Assembly: GCA_963708135.1 (NCBI GenBank)
Contig: OY970192.1
Span: 3,104,001-3,168,000, forward strand
Source of the DNA: an uncultured Gemmatimonadales bacterium
GTDB taxonomy: Bacteria; Gemmatimonadota; Gemmatimonadetes; Longimicrobiales; RSA9
Direction of reading: 5' to 3'
Length of the DNA stretch: 64,000 bases
Shown here: piece after piece, positions 8,253 to 18,884 of the stretch
Layout of the letters: each line of letters begins with the position of its first letter
How positions within the stretch are numbered: the first letter of the stretch is position 1
The notes under the pieces: model-generated
Database searches by the model: none
What the model was told of the DNA's origin: nothing
The model's input: the letters and a program-made list of their open reading frames with translations, nothing else
Translations under genes and position numbers: made by a program

Positions 8253-10413
8253 TCAGGGCCTCGTCGGCACCTCGGTCCGGCTCTCCAGGTGCGCCTCCAC
8301 GTCGGCGCGGGTCGTCCAGACCGGGCGCATCTTCTTCTCCGACTCGAGCTTCAGCTGGTCGCGGACGTGCGGGGAGCCGGGCTGCGTCGCGTTGCCGTAG
8401 GTCAGGAGCGCGGTGGCGCGCGGCCCCTCGGGCGCGAACTCGATGGCCGCGATCCACGTCTCGCCGACGACGGCCTGCGCCGTCTTCTTCCCCGGCACGG
8501 GCGCGTAGCCGATGACATGGAAGATGCCGAACGGATCGCCGGGCGCGCCGTTGCCCGGGTATTCCCCCAGCCGGTTAACCACGCCGTAGGCGACGTCGAG
8601 CCGGCCGTACCGGCGCTCGACCTTCCGCGCCACGCGGCCGAGCGTCTCCGCCGCCGCGGCCGGATCGGCCAGCCCCGTCGGCGTCGTGGTCGGCGCGTCC
8701 GGGCTCCAGGGCCTGGCGAAGCCGGCCGGATGCGGCGCCCACGGCGGGCCGCGGAACACCTGCTGCGTCCACGCCTCGAAGAGCACCGCGCCACGGCTGT
8801 CCGCGTCCGCCGCCCGGTCCCACGCGGCCAGCACCTCGCCCGCCCGGCGGGTGACGGAGTCGGCCGAGGCCTTCGCGGCGGGAAGCAGCGCCGGGAGCAC
8901 GCGATCGGCGAGGTCCATGTGGTTCGAGTAGCGCATGCGGATGAGATCGTCGTATGTGATGCTCGAGTCGGAGAGCAGCATGTGGAGCCCGCGCTGCTCG
9001 CGCATGTCGAGCCAGTCGGGGGCGAGGTACGGCGGGAAGGCGCGCGGGTCGAGCGCCCGGGGCAGCGTCGCGTACCAGGGCGGCGAGTTCGAGTTCTCGA
9101 TGAAGCCGGCCGGCGGGTCCACGATGCGCGGCATCGAGTCGAAGGGCAGGTAGCCGGCCCACAGGTTGGCGGCCGAGTCGCCGGAGACGGTGCCCTGCCA
9201 GAGCGCGAAGTCGCCGTGCGAGCGGGCGGGCACGCGGCCGGCGTAGAAGTAGAGGATGTGGCCGCCGCGGTCGGCGTAGGAGACGTTGAACATCGGCAGC
9301 CCCATCTCGTGCAGCGCCGCCTGGAACGAGGCCAGGTCGTGGGCGCGTCCCATGTCCCACCATTCCTCGAGGGCGCTGTCGGCGCCGAGCCCCGTGGTCC
9401 GCACGGCGATGGCCAGCGTGTCGTTCCGGAAGATGACCGGCCCCTGGATGGCGCCGCGGAGCACCAGCGGCTCGACGCGCAGCCTTCCGTTCGCGCCCTT
9501 GATCCGCATCGTGTCCGCCCGCACCTCGAAGGCGCGCACGCCGCCCTGCCAGCGGTAGCCGCCGGACACGAGGTGCAGCGCGTAGGTGTCGAGCGCGTCG
9601 ATGGTGTTCACGGTGTGGGACCAGCCGAGATCGCGGTTGAAGCCGATCGCGATCTCGGGCAGGCCGATCAGCGTCACGCCGTAGACCTCGCCGCCGGGCG
9701 AGGCGAGCTGTGCCTCGGTGAAGTGCATGAGCGGCGGGTCCCACGGCAGGTGCGGGTTCTGGAGCAGCATGGCGTGGCCGCTCGCGGAGCGGCTCGCGCC
9801 GATCGCCCAGGTGTTGGAGCCCGCGCCGCCCGGCCCCGGCGGTGCGCGCGGCCGCTCGGGCGGCAGGCCCGCGAGGCCCACCAGCGGGGGCTGGTTCCCG
9901 GTCGCGGCGACGAACGTGAAGAGCGCGCGGTCGCCGTGGGCGAGCACGTCGCCTGCCGTGACCGGCAGCACTACCCGGAGCGAGTCGGCGATGCGCTCCG
10001 GGTGCTCCCGCGCGTAGTCGTTGAACCCGTCCGCGAACGCCTGGACGTAGCCGCGGAGCGGCGCCGGCAGGCCGGCGGCCTGCCTCCGGCCGAGCGCGGG
10101 GAGGTCGAGCGCGCGCACGAGCCGGTCGGACGCCGCGTAGCGCTCGCCCCAGTACTCGGCGGCCCGGCCGCGCGCCAGGGCGTAGAGCTGGAGGATCGCG
10201 TCCGCATGGCCCCGCGCCTGCGCCCAGCCGAAGGCGTAGCCCATTCTCGTCGTCGCTGCGGGCGTAGATGTGCGGCACGCCCCAGGTATCCCAGAGGATC
10301 TCGGTGCGGCGGAGCGGCGTCTGCGCGCAGGCGCGGTCGGCCGCCGCGGAGAGGGCGAGCGCGGCGAGCACGAGGAGCGGAAGGGCGCGGCGGCCGCGCG
10401 GACCTGAGGCCAC
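8253..10413 (-). CDS. Penicillin acylase family Ntn-hydrolase (AHL/cephalosporin acylase-like), with one frameshift near 10245
   Basis: RBS GAAGGAG then GTG, a signal peptide and EILWDTWGVPHIYA in one frame. It continues as MGYAFGWAQA...GSNTWAIG...LLQNPHLPW in another frame to the stop at 8253. Confidence 0.85.
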
Positions 10414-10607
10414 GGTCTCTCCTTCGAGCGGGGCGGATGGCCGGCCGGTCGGGCCGGATCGGTGGAGAACGGGCCAATAAGTGCGCCCGGCGGGGGCAGC
10501 CGCGCAAGGGCGGCAGGGCGGCCGGACGACTTCATTGCGCCCATCGCGCGCGCCGGCCTACCTTTCACGCTCCCCTCGCGCGTCCTCCCCCATCCCGAGG
10601 ATCGCAG

Positions 10608-12911
10608 ATGGCCACCGCTCCACAGAATCCTGGCAGCCGTGCCGGCCCGCCGCCCGAGGCGCCGGCCACCGGGCCGGATCCCCGCTTCGCCTCGAACGCG
10701 CCGCCGAACCCGCCGCCCAACGCGCCTCACGGCGACGCCGCCGGTGAGGCTCCGCCGATGGGTCCGGCCCGGATGAGCAAGCTCCAGGAGCCGCCGGGAT
10801 CCTACCAGAACGCGCCGCCCCGCGAGTTCGCGCAGGAGGCGGTGCAGGAGCAGGCGAAGGCGCAGGACGAGGTGACGGCTTCGGTCGCCGGGTTCCCGCC
10901 GACGGAGTCGGTGCGGGGCGCCGAGCGTTCGCTCGCGCTGGAGGGCCCCGTCAGCGCCTGGCGCGTCGTGCGCGAGCTCCTGGAGGCGCATCGCGAGTAC
11001 GGCGGCGGCCTGGCGGAGCGGGTCCTCGGCCTCACGGCCACGGAACGGTTCACCGTCGAACGTCCGGCATCGGAGTGGATCGACGCGGCGCGGGCGCTGC
11101 TCCGGCCGAACGCCCGCAGCGCGGCCGGAGACGTGATCCCGCTGCACGGCCGCCTGCTCATCGTCTGCCTGGCCCGCCTGGACCAGGAGCTGGGCGCCAT
11201 CCTCGCCGCCAGCGGGTTTCTCGCCGCCGTGGAGGGCGAGATCGAGGAGCCCTTCGAGACGCTGCTGCGCCCCGCCAGCGAACGGGCGAACGCCGTGCCG
11301 CCCGACCCCGCGCCGCTGCATCTGGACGATCCGGCCTCGACCGACCGGCTGGGCCGGCGCGGCTTCGCGCGCGGGCTGGCGTTTCGGCTGAACCGGATCT
11401 GGGCGGACAACGTGCAGTCGCCGCGCTCGAGCAGCTTCATCCTGCACCTGCACGGGCCGTGGGGCGCGGGCAAGACGTCGCTGCTGAACCTGCTCAGGGA
11501 GGAGCTCCAGTCCGGCATGAAGCGGGACGGCGGCGCGGCGGAGGGCGAGGGCGGCGCGCGCGAGGGCGGGAACGGCGGCGGCTGGATCGTCATCGACTTC
11601 AACGCCTGGAAGAACCAGCGGCTCGACCCGCCGTGGTGGCCGCTGCTCGAGGCGGTGTACCGGCAGAGCCGCATGCAGCTGGCCGCGTACGGCGACCGGC
11701 GGCGTGCGTGGCGGCTGCGCGCCCGGGAATGGGCGTGGCGGCTGGCCGTGGGCCGGCGCGAGCTGCTCATCACGCTGGCGGTGTTCGTGCCCGCCGCCGC
11801 CGCCGTCTACTGGCTGCTGGTCTCGGTCTCGCGCGGCGTGGGGCTGCCCGGCATGGCGAAGAACGCGGACAGCATCGGGAAGGTGATCGGCCTCGTGGGC
11901 GCGGTCGTCACGGCGCTGGTGCCGTTCGCGCGGGCGCTCTTCGCCGGCTCGGCCCGCTCGGCGCAGTCGTTCGTGGACTCCGCCAACGACCCGCTCACGC
12001 GCGTGGCACTGCACTTCGACGGGATCCTGCGCACGGTCGAGCGGCCGGTGGCGATCGTGATCGACGACCTCGACCGCTGCCAGCGCGGCTACGTGGTGAC
12101 GCTGCTCGAGGGGATCCAGACGCTGTTCAGCAGCTCGCGCGCCGTCTACGTCGTGGCCGCGGACCGGCGCTGGCTCGACACCTCCTTCGAGAAGGCCTAC
12201 AGCGAGTTCTCCGACACGGTGGTCGAGCCCGGCCGCCGGCTAGGCTCGCTGTTCCTCGAGAAGTGCTTCCAGCTCTCCGTCTCCATGCCGCGCATCTCGG
12301 ACGAGCTCAAGCACCGCTACTGGGACTTCCTCATCCGCGGCGCGCCGGCCGAAACGCGCGAGAGCATCGCGGAGGTCGAGAGCCGGGTGCGCCGGGAGAT
12401 GAGCGCCGGCGACGGCTTCGAGGACGTACTCTCCCGCGCCGCCGCCCCCGAGGCCGACCCGCTCGTCCGGCAGATGCGGCGCGAGGTCGCCGTCGAGCTG
12501 CTCGCCAACGTGGAGGTCGAGCGGGGGACCGAGGCGTTCCTCGCCCCGTTCGCGCCGCTCGTCGGGGCGAATCCGCGCTCGATGAAGCGCTTCGTGAACG
12601 CCTACGCGGTGCACCGCGACCTGGCGATCCTGGCGGGCGTGGACCTGCGCGACGCCGGACGCCGGAAGCAGCTCGCGCTCTGGACCATCGTCGCGCTCCA
12701 GTGGCCCGCGCTGCAGGACTACTTCATGGAGCGGCTGGACGGCGGCGCGCCGCCGGTCACGGACGACGTGCGCGCGCTGAACTCCTCGCCCGAGGTCCAG
12801 CGCGTGCTGAACGGCAATGCGCCGGGCGTGGGCGTGGCGCTCGACATGGAGGCCGTCGGCGCGTTCGCCGAGCTGCGGACGACCGCGTCCAGCGTCAGCA
12901 CGGTGGCGTGA
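10608..12911 (+). CDS. KAP family P-loop NTPase with two TM helices and an uncharacterised N-terminal domain
   Basis: DRLGR, Walker A LHGPWGAGKTS, IDFNAW, two hydrophobic helices, Walker B VIDDLDRC, FLEKCFQL and NPRSMKRFVNAY. Confidence 0.9.
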   Translation: MATAPQNPGSRAGPPPEAPATGPDPRFASNAPPNPPPNAPHGDAAGEAPPMGPARMSKLQEPPGSYQNAPPREFAQEAVQEQAKAQDEVTASVAGFPPTESVRGAERSLALEGPVSAWRVVRELLEAHREYGGGLAERVLGLTATERFTVERPASEWIDAARALLRPNARSAAGDVIPLHGRLLIVCLARLDQELGAILAASGFLAAVEGEIEEPFETLLRPASERANAVPPDPAPLHLDDPASTDRLGRRGFARGLAFRLNRIWADNVQSPRSSSFILHLHGPWGAGKTSLLNLLREELQSGMKRDGGAAEGEGGAREGGNGGGWIVIDFNAWKNQRLDPPWWPLLEAVYRQSRMQLAAYGDRRRAWRLRAREWAWRLAVGRRELLITLAVFVPAAAAVYWLLVSVSRGVGLPGMAKNADSIGKVIGLVGAVVTALVPFARALFAGSARSAQSFVDSANDPLTRVALHFDGILRTVERPVAIVIDDLDRCQRGYVVTLLEGIQTLFSSSRAVYVVAADRRWLDTSFEKAYSEFSDTVVEPGRRLGSLFLEKCFQLSVSMPRISDELKHRYWDFLIRGAPAETRESIAEVESRVRREMSAGDGFEDVLSRAAAPEADPLVRQMRREVAVELLANVEVERGTEAFLAPFAPLVGANPRSMKRFVNAYAVHRDLAILAGVDLRDAGRRKQLALWTIVALQWPALQDYFMERLDGGAPPVTDDVRALNSSPEVQRVLNGNAPGVGVALDMEAVGAFAELRTTASSVSTVA

Positions 12912-12938
12912 ACCCGGGCGGAGCCTGCGCCGCGCGGC

Positions 12939-13420
12939 CTACAGCCCTTCGGCGAGAGTCCCCTGACAGGCGCCCGGCCACCCCTCCTGGCATGCTATGG
13001 CGTAGAGCCGGGTCGGCCGGCGCTCGCGCAGGGGCGGCTTGGTTCCGCGCAGCACGATGGGCAGGTCGGCCACGAGGGGCGCCGAGCGGACGAGCCGGTC
13101 GGGGGCCGGCGCCGGCGTGGCGACGTTGTGGCAGGCGGTCGGGAACCCCAGCTCGCAGCCGTGCGAGAAGAGCTCGCCGGCGGATCCGCCGCTGCGCACG
13201 GCCGCCACGCCGGCCTCGTTGCACGCCCAGCCCGAGCCGTTCTCGCAGTAGGTGAGGGTGAGATGGCCCGCGTAGCGGCACGCGCGCTCGCTCCCCTCGT
13301 GGCACGCGTGGGCCCAGAAGGGCAGGTACTGGCCGGGGTGGTGGTCGCCCAGAGCGCGGGCACCGACGAGGGTGAAGAACACCGCGACCCAGACGCCGGC
13401 AAACGCGACGCCGCCGAAGG
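12939..13420 (-). pseudogene. C-terminal fragment of a membrane protein with Cys-rich Sel1-like repeats; 5' part missing
   Basis: A TM segment followed by GDHHPGQYLPFWAHAC...CENGSGWACNEAG...GCELGFPTAC. Upstream of ~13420 the frame is just the antisense of the TonB receptor start, and there is no plausible start codon. Confidence 0.55.
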
Positions 13421-16400
13421 ATGTCGAGGACCGGGATCGCCGCGCTCGCCGCGGCGGTCCTGGGCCTCCGCCGTCCCTCTCTCCGCGCAGCAGGCGGGAC
13501 GGGTGGAGGGCCACGTCGCTGGCGGCCAGGAGTCTGCAGCCGCTGGCGGGCGCCCAGGTCGTCGTGGAGGGCACGGGACTGGGCACCCTCACGCAGCAGG
13601 ACGGACGCTTCGTCATCCTGAACGTGCCTGCGGGCTGCGTACACGCTGCGGGTCGAGATTCTCGGCTACCGGACGGGCTCGAAGCCGATCACGGTCACCG
13701 CGGGGCAGGCCACGACGGCCGACTTCCAGCTCGCGCGAGACCGCGGTCTCGCTCGAGCAGCTTGTGGTGACGGGCACGGCGGCGGCGGTCAAGAAGAAGT
13801 CGCTGGGCACGAGCATCGCCTCGATCTCCGCCGCCGAGATCGAGGGGGCGCCCGGTCGCGGACGCCTCGCAGGCGCTCGAGGCCAACGCCTCGGGCGTGA
13901 CCGTCATGGCCAACAGCGGCCAGGCGGGCGCGGCCTCGACGGTCAAGATCCGCGGCGTCCACTCCGTGGCATCCAACAGCGCGCCGATCATCAACGTGGA
14001 CGGCGTTCGCATCTACAACCTGCCGACGCGCGCCGGCTGGGACAGCCACCAGTCGACCTCGCCCGCTCCAGGACATCGACCCCGCGGACATCGAGCGAAT
14101 CGAGGTCGTGAAGGGCGCCGCCGCCACCACGCTGTACGGTACGGAGGCGGCCGCGGGCGTGATCCAGATCTTCACGAAGAGCGGGCAGACGGGCGGCACC
14201 CAGTGGAACGCCGAGCTGAACGGCCGGCGGCGTCGGCCGCGCCGCGGTTCGGCGCGAAGAACGACCCATCGAACCTGTTCGTGGACTGCAACAACCACGG
14301 CGCAGATGTACGGGCTGGACACGTTCAACGCGCTACGGCACGGCGGGCTACGGGGACCGCGTCTACTTCCAGGACCCGACCTGCCCGGCCCGAGCGGGCA
14401 CTGGAACGAGCTCGGGCCGCGCAGCGGGCTCTCGCTCTCCGCGCGCGGCGGCAGCGAGTCGATCACGTACTACCTGTCCGGCAACTACAACGACCAGTCG
14501 GGCTACCTGCCGACGCAGCGCAACAAGGACGGCGGGCTGCGCGCCAACGTTTCCTTCGCGCCCACGGACAACTTTACGATCCAGCTGAACTCGCGCGTAC
14601 CAGCGGGTGCACACGCGCTGGACCGAGGACGGCAACGACGCCAACGGCTTCCTGCTCGACGTCGGCCGCGGCTTCGGCGGCTATCTCAAGGGCGGCAAGG
14701 GCGACGATTGCGCCGGCGTGCCGCAGACCGGGCCCGGCGGCGCGTCCATGGTGTGCGTGACCAACCAGTACCTCTTCGACTCGGAGCTCTTCACGCGGAA
14801 GGACCACTACACGACGGGGCTGACGCTGCGCTACACGCCGATCACGAACCTGCAGAACCGCTTCGTCGTCGGCTGGGACTACCTCTACGTCAACAACGAG
14901 TCCACCCGGCCGTACGGCAGCCTCTACACGCCGGGCGGCTACTACTGGCCGGAGAACACCTGGCACCGCAAGCTCTCGCTCGACTACGCCGGAACGCTGA
15001 GCAACGACTTCATGGGCGGCGAATCTGACCTCGGCCCTCTCCTGGGGCGGGCAGATCTTCCGCGACGACCACGACTGGACGGAAACGGACATCGAGGACT
15101 TCGCCGGCCCCGGCCGTCCGACCCTCACCTCCGGCGCCAACCTGACGTACCGCAACGAGCACACCTACGCCATCACGAACGCGGGTTTCTTCGGGCAGGA
15201 GCAGCTCGGCCTGAAGGATCGCCTGTTCCTGACGGCCGGCATCCGCGTGGACGGCAACAGCGCGTTCGGCTCGGCGCTCGGGCTCCAGACCTACCCGAAG
15301 CTGAGCCTCTCCTACGTCCTCTCGGACTACGACTGGTGGCCGACCAACTGGTTCGACACGTTCCGGCTGCGCGGCGCCATCGGCGAGTCCGGCAAGGCGC
15401 CGGACCCGTTCGCGAAGCTGCGCACCTGGCAGCCGGTCTCGGACGGCAACTCGGAGGCCGGTTTCGCCCCGCAGAACGTCGGCAACGCCGATGTCGGCCC
15501 CGAGCGCACGCTCGAGACGGAGGGCGGCTTCGACGCCAGCCTGCTGAACGGCCGCCTCGGGCTGAACATGACCTACTACCACGACAAGACGTTCAAGATG
15601 CTGGTCAACGAGACGCTGCCGCCGAGCAACGGCTTCCTCTCCGGCCGTCTCGCGAACGTCGGCTCGATGGTGAACAGGGGGCTCGAGATCGAGTCCACGC
15701 TCGGCCTGATCCGCACGCGCGCGATCGACTGGAGCATCCGCGGCAACATGGACCTGCAGAAGAGCAAGGTGCTGGACCTGGACGGCGACCCGGCCACCCA
15801 CACCCGCGTCTACTCGGGGCTGCTCTCCTACTTCGACGAGGGTCAGACCGCGCCGGTCTACGAGGGCCATCTGGTCCTGAACCCGAATGCCTTCGCCGAC
15901 CCCGTCATCGTCTCCGATACCGTGATCGGACCAGTGTACCCGACCAGGCACTTCGGCATCGGGACCACCCTCAAGCTGGGATCTCGCCTCACACTCGATG
16001 CCCTGGTCGACCGCCAGGCAGGCCACTACCTGCCCAACTACACCGCCTACCAGAACGAGCGCCGCGGCGTCTGGCACCCGTGTTACGATGTGCAAGCCAA
16101 GATCATCGACTACTACAAGAACGGGAACGCGAGCGCGCTCGAATGACGTCACCGCCCTCCAGCGCGCGCAGTGCGCGATCACCGGCGTCGGCATGAGCCC
16201 GAACAGCGACTACTGGATCCAGAAGGCGGACTTCACCAAGCTGCGCCACGTGTCGCTGACCTATCAGGTCCCGCCCGGGCTGCTCAAGTTCGCGAGCAAT
16301 GCCTCCGTCACCCTCTCGGGCGAGAACCTGTACACGTGGAGCCCCTACCGGGGGGCGGATCCCGAGGTCATGGATTTCTCCGACCAGAACGGGACCGAAT

Positions 16401-16490
16401 GTCACGCTGGCGGGCAACTACGGCCGCCGCGACTACTACCAGATCCCGAGCGCACGCCTGTTCACGCTCTCCTTCCGCGTCAGCTGGTGA
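13421..16490 (+). pseudogene. SusC/RagA-like TonB-dependent receptor, split by about 10 or more frameshifts
   Basis: Consecutive pieces in different frames: signal peptide, PLAGAQVVVEGTGLGTLTQQDGRF (CarboxypepD-like), LEQLVVTG, VKIRG, DIERIEVVKGAAATTLYGTEAAAGVIQIFTK, DGNSAFG, VGPERT, ADFTKLRHVSL and the terminal RLFTLSFRVSW. Confidence 0.85.
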
Positions 16491-16513
16491 GGGGGCCCGA
16501 AATGAGGAAAGCG

Positions 16514-17734
16514 ATGAGCAACCACAGCAAGCCGTTGTCCGTGCTGATCCTCGCCGTGGTCCTGCCGCTCGGGGCCTGCCATGGCCTCTTCGACGTGGTG
16601 AGCCCCGGCCGGATCGCCGACACCGACCTCAACACCAAGGATGCGCTGTCCGGGCTGGTGGCCGGCATGTCCTGGGCGGTGGCGGAGGGCGAGAACCAGT
16701 CGCTGGAGCGCCTCTCCCTGTTCTCCGGCGATCTCTGGCACGCCGGCAGCTACGACTTTGGCGACAACGCCCGGGGCAAGATCCTGCCCGAGGAGGTGAA
16801 CGGCGAGTGGGGCGAGATGGAGCGGGCCCGCTGGGTCGCCGAGGACGGGGTCCGGCGCATGAAGGAGGAGATCTTGTCCGGCTCGGCCGATGCGTTCGCG
16901 AAGAGCGCCTACGCGGCGCAGGCCTACATGTGGGAAGGGTTCGGCGACCGGCTGCTGGGGGAGAACGTCTGCGCCGCGGTGATCGATGGAGGCGCGGAGC
17001 AGCCGGACACGGTCTACTTCCAGCGCGCGCAGGACGAGTTCACGCAGGCGATCCAGATCGGCCAGGCCGCGGGCGACGACGAGACCGTGACCGCCGCCTA
17101 CGGCGGGCGAGCCACGGTGCGAGCCTGGCAGGGCGACTGGGACGGCGCCGTGCAGGATGCCATGCAGGTGCCGGATGACTTCATGTTCGACGCGCCGATC
17201 TCGACCGAGATGCAGAACCGGCTCGCGTACGAAACGCACACGCGCTACGAGTACTCCGTCTACAGCACGGTCTTCGAGGACCATCCGGACGATCCGCGCG
17301 TGCCCTGGACGATCCTCTACAACGCCGACGGCAGCGTCGCGCGAGGCGCCAACGGCTCGACGCCGATGTACCAGCAGAACAAGTACGACTCATACGACAG
17401 CGGGGTGCCGCTGACCAAGGGGACCGAGATGCTGGTGCTGCGGGCGGAGGCCGCGCTGCGTGGCAACGACATTGCCGGGGCCTACGCGCTCATGAACCAG
17501 GCCCGCGCCGTCTACGGCATGGACCCGCTCCCCGTTGCGGCCGACATGACGGCGGCGTGGAACGACCTCCACTACGAGCGCATGGCCACCGTGTGGCTGG
17601 AGAACCGCAAGCTCTGGGACATGCGCCGCTGGTTCGCGGCCAGCGGCCCCGAGCACTACGATTACCTGAGCGGCCGCGACAGGTGCGTGCCGGTCAGCCA
17701 GGAAGAGGTCAATGCGAACCCGAACATTCCGTGA
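16514..17734 (+). CDS. SusD/RagB-like outer-membrane lipoprotein
   Basis: Lipobox LGAC, EMLVLRAEAALR, YERMATVWLENRKLWDMRRW and CVPVSQEEVNANPN. Directly after the SusC-like gene; alternative start at 16502. Confidence 0.88.
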   Translation: MSNHSKPLSVLILAVVLPLGACHGLFDVVSPGRIADTDLNTKDALSGLVAGMSWAVAEGENQSLERLSLFSGDLWHAGSYDFGDNARGKILPEEVNGEWGEMERARWVAEDGVRRMKEEILSGSADAFAKSAYAAQAYMWEGFGDRLLGENVCAAVIDGGAEQPDTVYFQRAQDEFTQAIQIGQAAGDDETVTAAYGGRATVRAWQGDWDGAVQDAMQVPDDFMFDAPISTEMQNRLAYETHTRYEYSVYSTVFEDHPDDPRVPWTILYNADGSVARGANGSTPMYQQNKYDSYDSGVPLTKGTEMLVLRAEAALRGNDIAGAYALMNQARAVYGMDPLPVAADMTAAWNDLHYERMATVWLENRKLWDMRRWFAASGPEHYDYLSGRDRCVPVSQEEVNANPNIP

Positions 17735-17775
17735 CGAAGCGCGCGGCCCGGGCTACGGACCGGACCGGAGCACCG

Positions 17776-17800
17776 GAGCGGGGGCCTCGTGCCCCCGCTC
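17776..17800. terminator. GC-rich hairpin after susD (possible terminator or stabilising stem)
   Basis: GAGCGGGGGC-CTCGT-GCCCCCGCTC is a perfect 10-bp stem, but the U-tail is weak. Confidence 0.45.
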
Positions 17801-17822
17801 TCGTTCCGGAAAAGGAGACTCC

Positions 17823-18314
17823 ATGTCGTCGGTCAACAGGAGGCGCCTGCGCGCCGTCGGCGCGGCGCTGCTCGGCCCGCTGGTGGCGGGCTGCTTCAGC
17901 TACGCGCAGGTCCCGCCGGGAGACGTTCAGCCGGGCGCGCGCGTTCGCGTTCACATCGCGGCCGACCGCGCCGGCGAGCTGCGCCAGGCGCTCGGCTACC
18001 CCGTGGACCGACTGCGCGGAGAGGCGCTCGCCACCGACGGCGACACCCTCGTGCTCCAGGTGGCCAGCGCCCCGGCCGGCGGCGGAGCGGCGCTCCGGCA
18101 GAACGTGCGCCTGGCCCCCGGCGACTTGGATGAGGTCGAGCTCCAGCGCCTGAGCTGGCCCAAGACCGGCGCAGTCGCCGGGGCCGCGATCCTCGTCGGG
18201 GGCATCATCGTCGCCAGCGTGCTGCACACGGATCAGCGGAACGGGCAGAGCAACCCCAAGCCCACGCCCAACGCGGCACGCCTTCCCCTGGTCCTGTTCT
18301 TCATCCATCCATAG
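17823..18314 (+). CDS. Hypothetical lipoprotein with a C-terminal TM segment
   Basis: RBS AAGGAG, lipoprotein signal MSSVNRRRLRAVGAALLGPLVAGC and a hydrophobic segment GAVAGAAILVGGIIV. Confidence 0.7.
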   Translation: MSSVNRRRLRAVGAALLGPLVAGCFSYAQVPPGDVQPGARVRVHIAADRAGELRQALGYPVDRLRGEALATDGDTLVLQVASAPAGGGAALRQNVRLAPGDLDEVELQRLSWPKTGAVAGAAILVGGIIVASVLHTDQRNGQSNPKPTPNAARLPLVLFFIHP

Positions 18315-18356
18315 CCCGGCGCCCGGGCTAGAGACGACCCGACCAGGAGGCTCGAG

Positions 18357-18884
18357 TTGAGGCATCTGCGCGGCAGGAACGCGATCGTCACCGGTGCGTC
18401 GTACGGGATCGGACCCCGGATCGCGCGGGCGCTGGCGGCACAGGGGGTGAACCTGGTGCTGGCCGCCCGCTCGGGGGCACGCCTCGAGCGGGTGGCGGCC
18501 GAGCTCGCGGGCGCGGGAGTGCGAGTGGTCCCGGTCGCGGCGGACCTCCGCGATCCGGCGGCGCGGGAGAGGCTGGTCTCGCGGGCGGAAGCCGAGCTCG
18601 GGCCGGTCGACATTCTGGTGAGCAACGCGAGCACGGCGTACGGTGGACGGCTGCACACGACCGAGCCGGCACAGGTTGACGCGATCGTGGAGACGAACAG
18701 TACCTGTCTCTCTATGGCGCTACGAAGCATGCCGTGGTCGGCTTCAACCACTGCCTCCAGGAGGAGCTGCGCGGGACGGGCGTCCACAGCTCCGCGGTCT
18801 GCTCCGGCTTCGTGCGGGGCGAGGGGATGTGGGGCGCGCTTCGAGCAGAACGTGCATCCGGCCTTCGCCGGCCAGGCCGGCTAG
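18357..18884 (+). pseudogene. Short-chain dehydrogenase/reductase, internally deleted, frameshifted and truncated
   Basis: NAIVTGASYGIG and VDILVSNA. After IVETN the chain jumps, in another frame, to YGATKHAVVGF (YxxxK). The segment carrying the catalytic Ser and the C-terminus are missing. Confidence 0.75.

Noticed and set aside
8238..10607. N-terminal extension of the KAP NTPase ORF (1557 aa)
   Set aside because: It is the antisense of the acylase gene. A better start lies at 10608.
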